41,022 bases of DNA. It comes from Vermamoeba vermiformis (Eukaryota). The DNA lies in NCBI GenBank assembly GCA_045837725.1, contig JBEWZL010000299.1, positions 1 through 41,022 of the forward strand, given 5' to 3'. This document shows, piece after piece, positions 35,157 through 41,022 of the stretch (its first letter is position 1; each line of letters starts with the position of its first letter). The translations under genes were made by a program, and so were the position numbers. The notes under the pieces are model-generated. The model saw only the letters and a program-made list of their open reading frames with translations, did not search any database and was not told the origin of the DNA.

Positions 35157-38100
35157 TTAATCCCATACAAATATAGTTTGGCCTTCTTGGACCATTACAG
35201 CCTTGCTCTTCAACGTACATTGCGACCATCCACACGGGTAGAACTCGTCATTCTTTAGTATCGTGCCCTCTCGTACAGGCAAATCTTTCTCGCTGTTGGT
35301 GAATCGAATTGGACGCATAGACAAGAACGGAAGTGTATAATATCGAGTTAGCTGCTCAGTTGCGATCTTAACGTTCACGATGAAAGTTTTGGTAAATAGT
35401 CCTGTAATAGTAGTTCCATCGAACTAATAATAATCTAATTAGATCTATTAACAATGAGAGCACGTACATCCAGCACCAATATTACTTCTTTGATTCTCTT
35501 CTTTCGTGACTGCGCGCTCGCACTCTTCACCTTTTTGTTGTGCCAGCAGAATCCGTCGATTATGAATGCAGAGAGTATATCAACATCAGCCTCTTCTTCA
35601 CCGACAAGATTGTTGACAAGCTCTGCAATACGTCGCATGTCTTGGTTGTTTGGATTCAAAGGCGTTGGTTCCTTCGGTATTATCAAGTCATAGTCCCTAA
35701 TGAAGTAAGTATATGAACATATTATTGACTTAACATACGCAAATGATTGCTTTTGTTGCTTTCTATTGACATATTGGGCATAAGTGACGACTTGACCATC
35801 GTTATTTTCTATCGGAACGACAGTGGCAGACCGTTGATTCTCCACCTTAATCAATCGTATTAATACAACTATAACGATTAATAATTAATCGTACCATCCT
35901 AGTCAGGAAGTTTGCCTGTTGTCTTCCGTTTGAAACTTGCAGGATCTGTCGTCGGCGTCGGTTCATCTCTTCATCTCGAGCTGTTGATTGAAAGTGTAGC
36001 GGCCCCAAGAAAGCAATTTGGTAAGGAATTGCATACATTGTTTCGAAATTTGGGAACGACCAGTCAGCGTTAGGATACAAGTCCTAGTTGAACTTTGGTC
36101 ATACAATTTTCGTTCAAATAGATTAATTTAACACTTACCACCATCGATTTTCTTATAGAATAAACCAAATTTTCTAACTTCCCTGCAGGTTGTAGTTCAT
36201 CACGGGTCCACGTCTTCGTCACGATCATAATTATACCGTTCATGATTGTCTTCCAAAGACGGTACTGTTGCACGTGCAGATGTCCATAATATCTTTGTTG
36301 GTAAGCGTTAGTTAACGTCTATATGAAATACGAACTAAACCTTTTGAACATAATGATAGACTGTGCCGCAAATGTCAACCACATGTCACCTTTCAACGAG
36401 TTTACATCCGGAGTTCCTTCGCGAAATACATTCATCGTGAGGCGAGCATAGCCTTCTGCTGGGTAGATACTTTGCATGATTTGGTTGAAATCTACGACCG
36501 TAAGTTAGTAATAGACAGTCATTAATCGTATATTTACCCAATCGTTGTTGCTGGGTCAACTCAAGCCCAAAGCAGCATGCCAAATTTTTAACGATTCCGA
36601 TGAATAGTTGATGCAGGTCACAGATTGCAAAGCGTTGAAAGAAGTTCTTTGCAACGAGAGCAAGGGACCAGAACGGACTCTGATGAGTGTTAGAGTGCGC
36701 ACCGTATAAGAGCACGTGTCACGTACCACGAAGCCATTCAAGCCAGTTTGTTGGATCATAGCAGTTTTTTCAGTCCCAGTAAGTACCCCTATAAGCTCAA
36801 TCTGCTCTCTAGCTGTAATAACAGTTAGTTAATATTGACTTGATGAACAGGCTAGACCACCAACCTCGATCAGGATTGCGCAACGTGCGAAACTCGGATC
36901 GAAGATCAAAAAATAGTGCCGACGCAGTAGTAGTATAGAATGAGCTGCATTTCCCCGAAGGGGCAACGACACCTGCGAGCTCAATTTTGCTCATGTGATC
37001 GCCTGTGGTGTAAGTGTCGTTTAGTCTTTCTTTATCAGCGTACGATACTAACCTTTGATTGCATGAAGTGCGCCCACGGGAAGCTTTCTTGTGCCTTGGA
37101 ACTCGAAAACAGATAGCTCCTTGTTCTCCAATTTCCGAAGGAATTTGATAATGACTTTATCGATGAATTCCTTTTTTCGATGGTTCAGCGACGGAGGAAT
37201 GTTGGTGATGCAGAACCTGGAGTGCGTTCGACAAGCTATCTGAAGGATTGTGGTAAGTAAAGCTTACAGTTAATCAATCATACCGAGTTTGGAAAGTTGG
37301 CAAACGTCATACTGATTGACGTGTAGCTTTTGTTTCTACTTAGTTCGCCGACAAAGCCATCAATCCAAAGTGCTACCAGTATGAGCAAAGCATTCTGTGT
37401 ATCGAGCATTGGTTGGAAGTGATCTTGAATGATCTTCCATCCCTCAGACGAGGAAGGATGATCGTAGTCATCGCTCCACGAGCTCACCCAATCTAAGCAA
37501 GTAAGTCGATTGGCTCTTAATATGTATTCGTACTCACCCTTTGTCAGATCTTCATTCTTCAATACGTATTCAAGAACGTGTTTGGGTTTATAGTAAGTGA
37601 TTACTTCATCCGTGCCACCAAACTTGAACATCGATGCTGGAATACGATCGAAGAAGAAGTCATCGCAGCGGAACGCAATGTACTTTGTCCTAGGTGTGTC
37701 TTCAGCTCTAAACCCTACATGATACACAATATCGAAGATTTGTTGCAGAGTATTCGCTAGGTAAGAACGTGAGCTATAACTGCTTAACACGAACCAAAAC
37801 TTACCCGAAAAGGGCACTCCTCGATTACTATAAAATAAGGCTAACCACAATTTTGTAGTTAAATTTTTGTAATTGGTGAACTCGGCAGGTCTACCACGCT
37901 TCACTTGCTGTTCATCTTCGTTGTCGTCATCTTCAATTCCCTGAAGCACGGGAACGAGCTCAAAGCGTTCTATCTGGATGCTTATCTGGATGGCCACGTT
38001 GGTGCCTTCCTGAAGACCAAGCCGAACTAACAATGACACAGGGTATGTACTATGAGTATACAGGATCGGACAATCTAACAAAAGTTAATATAGAATGACG

Positions 38101-38659
38101 TAGTACGAACACCAACTCTTCTGAACATTGTCGTTCTCGCCAAACTTGACATTGATGTTGACAGTGGCATCCAGCACGACGTAAGTGTTATTCTCAATAT
38201 AATCATTAAGCTCAATAGTAATAGTTGATGCTACATCGTCCTCGTCAAGTCTTAGTTTCCTGCAGATCCGTTCGTCAAAATTCTTTGAAAAATTATTATT
38301 AATTTTTTGCTCACCAGGAATGATCTGCGAAGTCAAATATATGCTCTTTTGCACCATGAGAAGCTACAAAATTTATATTGTAGCTCATGTCCATAGGTTC
38401 GAAGATCTCTTCTGCTTGCTCAACCAGAGGTTCGTCAACCAGGTAATTTTCAAAACGAGATAGCTCACTCTCAACTTATACAAATGATCAACCACACTCT
38501 ATTGAATTAATACTTACTAAATGTATTTAGCTCTTGCTTATGACGTTCTCCTTGCCAATGTGACAATCGAAGGCATCGAGAGACACGAAGGTCACATATG
38601 GTACACCAAACAGTATTGGAGTCAACTCTTTGGTATATCGCATCAAATACCGATTCCAT
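35157..38659 (-). CDS. Intron-rich CMC-like DDE transposase with N-terminal zinc finger
   Basis: ACCATGG start; WCTIC...H.QG.RH zinc finger. ALWIDGF...SISMTFANFP (D1), AIKGDH...LAG (D2), CDLHQLFIGIVK, SLKGDMW, IAFLGPL..QSTARDEEMNR (E). The core exons I checked splice in frame. 3' end approximate. Confidence 0.85.
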
Positions 38660-38779
38660 GGTGGTAAGTTTGACTAAAAATAGAAACAAAAATTTTTGTG
38701 GTTTATGTCGTTACAAATTCTTGACTAAATTTTTGTTTCATTACTCATACCAACAACCACTCATAGCAGCAAGTCAATT

Positions 38780-40782
38780 ATGGATACTAACGAAGACTAT
38801 TATCAAGACAACTTCCATGAAGAGCAGTATCAAGATCAAGTGGATCCCCAAGATCAACGACCAAACAAAAGGAGGTAAGGGACTAGATTGTTGAAATATG
38901 GTGCTCATATTGCTCTATGAACCATACAATAACATTTTTTGATCGAATCAAGTCATCCGAGTCAAGTTTGAGTTTATTCATTAACTTAAAATATTTTTTA
39001 GAAGGCTTGACGAAACCGAAGAACAAGGGGTACCCTACGAAGAATACAGGTATGACCTACCCTAAATTTTAAAATCATTTAAACCATTTTCTAGGGAACT
39101 TGATCCGCAAGTACGCGATGCAGATCTAACAAGAGAAAATCTCGAAGAAGCTCATCGTATCCTACATCAGATGGATTTTGATGACAGAACTCACCCAAAT
39201 GCACAGTTGGCAACTCTAGTTGAAGTTGCATTGGCAAAAAAACGTTCCGATCCGGTCTCCGATCTTTGGGTACGTTATATTATGCTATTTGAGTTGAAAT
39301 ACTTACTTCTCGTTTAAAGAATGGTTGGTTGGGATCAAAGGTATTAATCAAAACCTTTCTGTTAGATCCATATAAACGTATCTCGACGAATCTCAAAGAG
39401 TGGATCTTGACGATGGAAGTACCAGACCCTCTAGTCAAATTAATAACAACCAAGGTACAATATACACGCGTGCAATGTATTTACTGATGCTATAGCTATA
39501 TGTAGGCTGGCGCGTACTGGGACGACAAACGACATGATCTGAATACAATGCTAGCTAACGCTCTTTGGTCGGAGAGTAATGATGAACTAAGACAAAGTCT
39601 TCAAGAGCAAGGTGCTCAGTTCCTCAATTCTGCGCGGGGTCAGGAGTTTATTGCTGCTGTGGCGACAACGTTCCACAACAAAAAGCTACCGAACGACTAT
39701 GGCCTTCCAAGCTTAAAGTTACAAATGTTTATTAAAGAACGAATGTTTGTAGCACAAGGTAACTAATATATTGTCTGTTCGATCAAACAATAGCTCATTA
39801 TTTGACAAGGTGCCACTTCGCTCAAAGATGCGAAAGAAAGAATTGGAATGGTGCTAACAACACAACAAACTCTTCAGTTATATGAAGTACCACAGCAGTT
39901 CGAGGGTAAGTTTTAAAGACTTAAGTCAATTACATCAGCCACTCACACTTATTCAGAAAACAACACAGGCCATCTCGTGGCGATCCATGCGAAAGGAGCG
40001 AGAGCAAAGCAACCAGCACCAAATGGCGCTCCAAAAGTAGCCAGAGGGAAACAAGGCATTGCACCAGTTGCACCCGTTCCCAAACAAGGTCTCATCCCTG
40101 TCGCTCCTGTCGCCAAGCACGATGCTGCACTCGTGCCACGTGCACCAGCAAAGCGACCTTTAGAGCTTGTACCAGTAGCACCACCTAAAGGACAAGGTAA
40201 GCAGTTGTAATGTTCGTCAACATTTTAACGAACTGTGTCTATCAAGGGAAGCAAGCACTTGCGCCCATCCCCAAGCAACCTGTTGCAAACCAGAATGGTC
40301 ACGAGGAGGACGAGCACGTGCAAGAGCAGGTGCCAGCTGTCCCAGCCCCTCCTAAAGCGAAAAGAGGACGAGGTGAGCAGAGCTGCATCAACGTACTCGT
40401 TTCTAATCAGGCATTGAAGGTAAACAATCTTCTGGTGGCCGAAAGCAACCACCTCCAGAACCTGGCAATGCAAAGGCAACCAGAGGACAGGACGCACAAG
40501 AGCTGCTTGTTCCCGCGACAAACAATCAGCGTGAAGTGGCCGAGCGAGAGAATAATGGCAATGCGTCGGGTAATACTACTTTATGACTTGCTCAAACTCT
40601 TTATTAACGTCTCATACAGATAATGACACGCCAGCTCAGCCCTTGATGCGTATGTAACAATCATAAGTAATGAGCTCTATTAACTCTTATTGTTAGGCTA
40701 TTCACTTCGCGCACGTAGAGACCCTAACGCACCACTCGATGAAGATCAAGGGACTCAACGCTACGAGGCTACTGAAGACTAG
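38780..40782 (+). CDS. Transposon accessory gene, unknown function; multi-exon
   Basis: MDTNEDYYQDNFHEEQ... followed by many short exons with GT-AG junctions, a helical central part (MLANALWSE...FIKERMF) and APVAP-rich repeats. Likely stop at 40780-40782. Confidence 0.68.
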
Positions 40783-40974
40783 ATTACCAGTCAAGTATTC
40801 TTATTGTACAACGCTTGTACTGTATATAAATATTAGTTTCTAAACCGATATCGTAATTCAATTCATGAAAATACCCGAAGGCTGTATCCCGTCGTCATTC
40901 CGTTGGTTTGCCTTGCCTTGGTCTTGGAGCAAGGAGCCTTGCCTCGTGGTTTCCCTGTATACACAATGTATGGA

Positions 40975-41022
40975 GCCTTGCCTTGCTCCGCACGCAAGGC
41001 AAGGACGAATTATTTTTTCCAG
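40975..41022 (-). repeat. Right terminal inverted repeat
   Basis: Reverse complement reads ctggaaaaaataattcgtccttgccttgcgtgcggagcaaggcaaggc. Confidence 0.92.

Larger units (their letters stand above)
32950..41022. mobile_element. ~8-kb DNA transposon, CMC (CACTA/EnSpm/Mirage)-like, with TIRs and two divergent genes
   Basis: Imperfect 48-bp inverted repeats at both ends, subterminal CCTTGCCTTG motifs, internal DDE transposase. The right terminus and TSD are at or beyond the window edge. Confidence 0.88.

Noticed and set aside
1-41022. tRNA/rRNA genes
   Set aside because: No cloverleaf with T-loop consensus or rRNA-like segment seen by eye; tRNAscan-SE or Infernal would be needed to exclude them formally.

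Overview
Gene-dense, intron-rich eukaryotic DNA with short GT-AG introns. An amoebozoan-like protist is my inference from gene content, not a proven assignment. Both ends of the window lie in mobile elements. The left end (1-~2540) is the 3' part of a tyrosine-recombinase (Ngaro/DIRS-group) retrotransposon with RT-RNaseH and YR ORFs. The right end (~32950-41022) is an ~8 kb DNA transposon with terminal inverted repeats, inserted into an F-box/LRR gene; it carries an intron-rich CMC(CACTA/Mirage)-like DDE transposase and a divergently transcribed unknown gene. Host genes between them are: ENA-type P-type ATPase, PH+C1 protein, ProX/YbaK editing protein, secreted glucose/sorbosone dehydrogenase-Ig protein, TatD, AIF1/Iba1-like EF-hand protein, an acidic disordered protein, a conserved hypothetical protein, a metallophosphoesterase and a class C GPCR. 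The most unusual block is 13.5-24.1 kb. It holds an intronless ParB/Srx-fold gene nested in a TatD intron, a CpG-depleted Crinkler-like NTPase + restriction-endonuclease-fold gene with a mitochondrial-type presequence, and two tandem paralogous HEPN(RxxxxH)-TPR-Sel1 genes: a candidate eukaryotic defence cluster. Exon boundaries were read by eye and no database searches were run.
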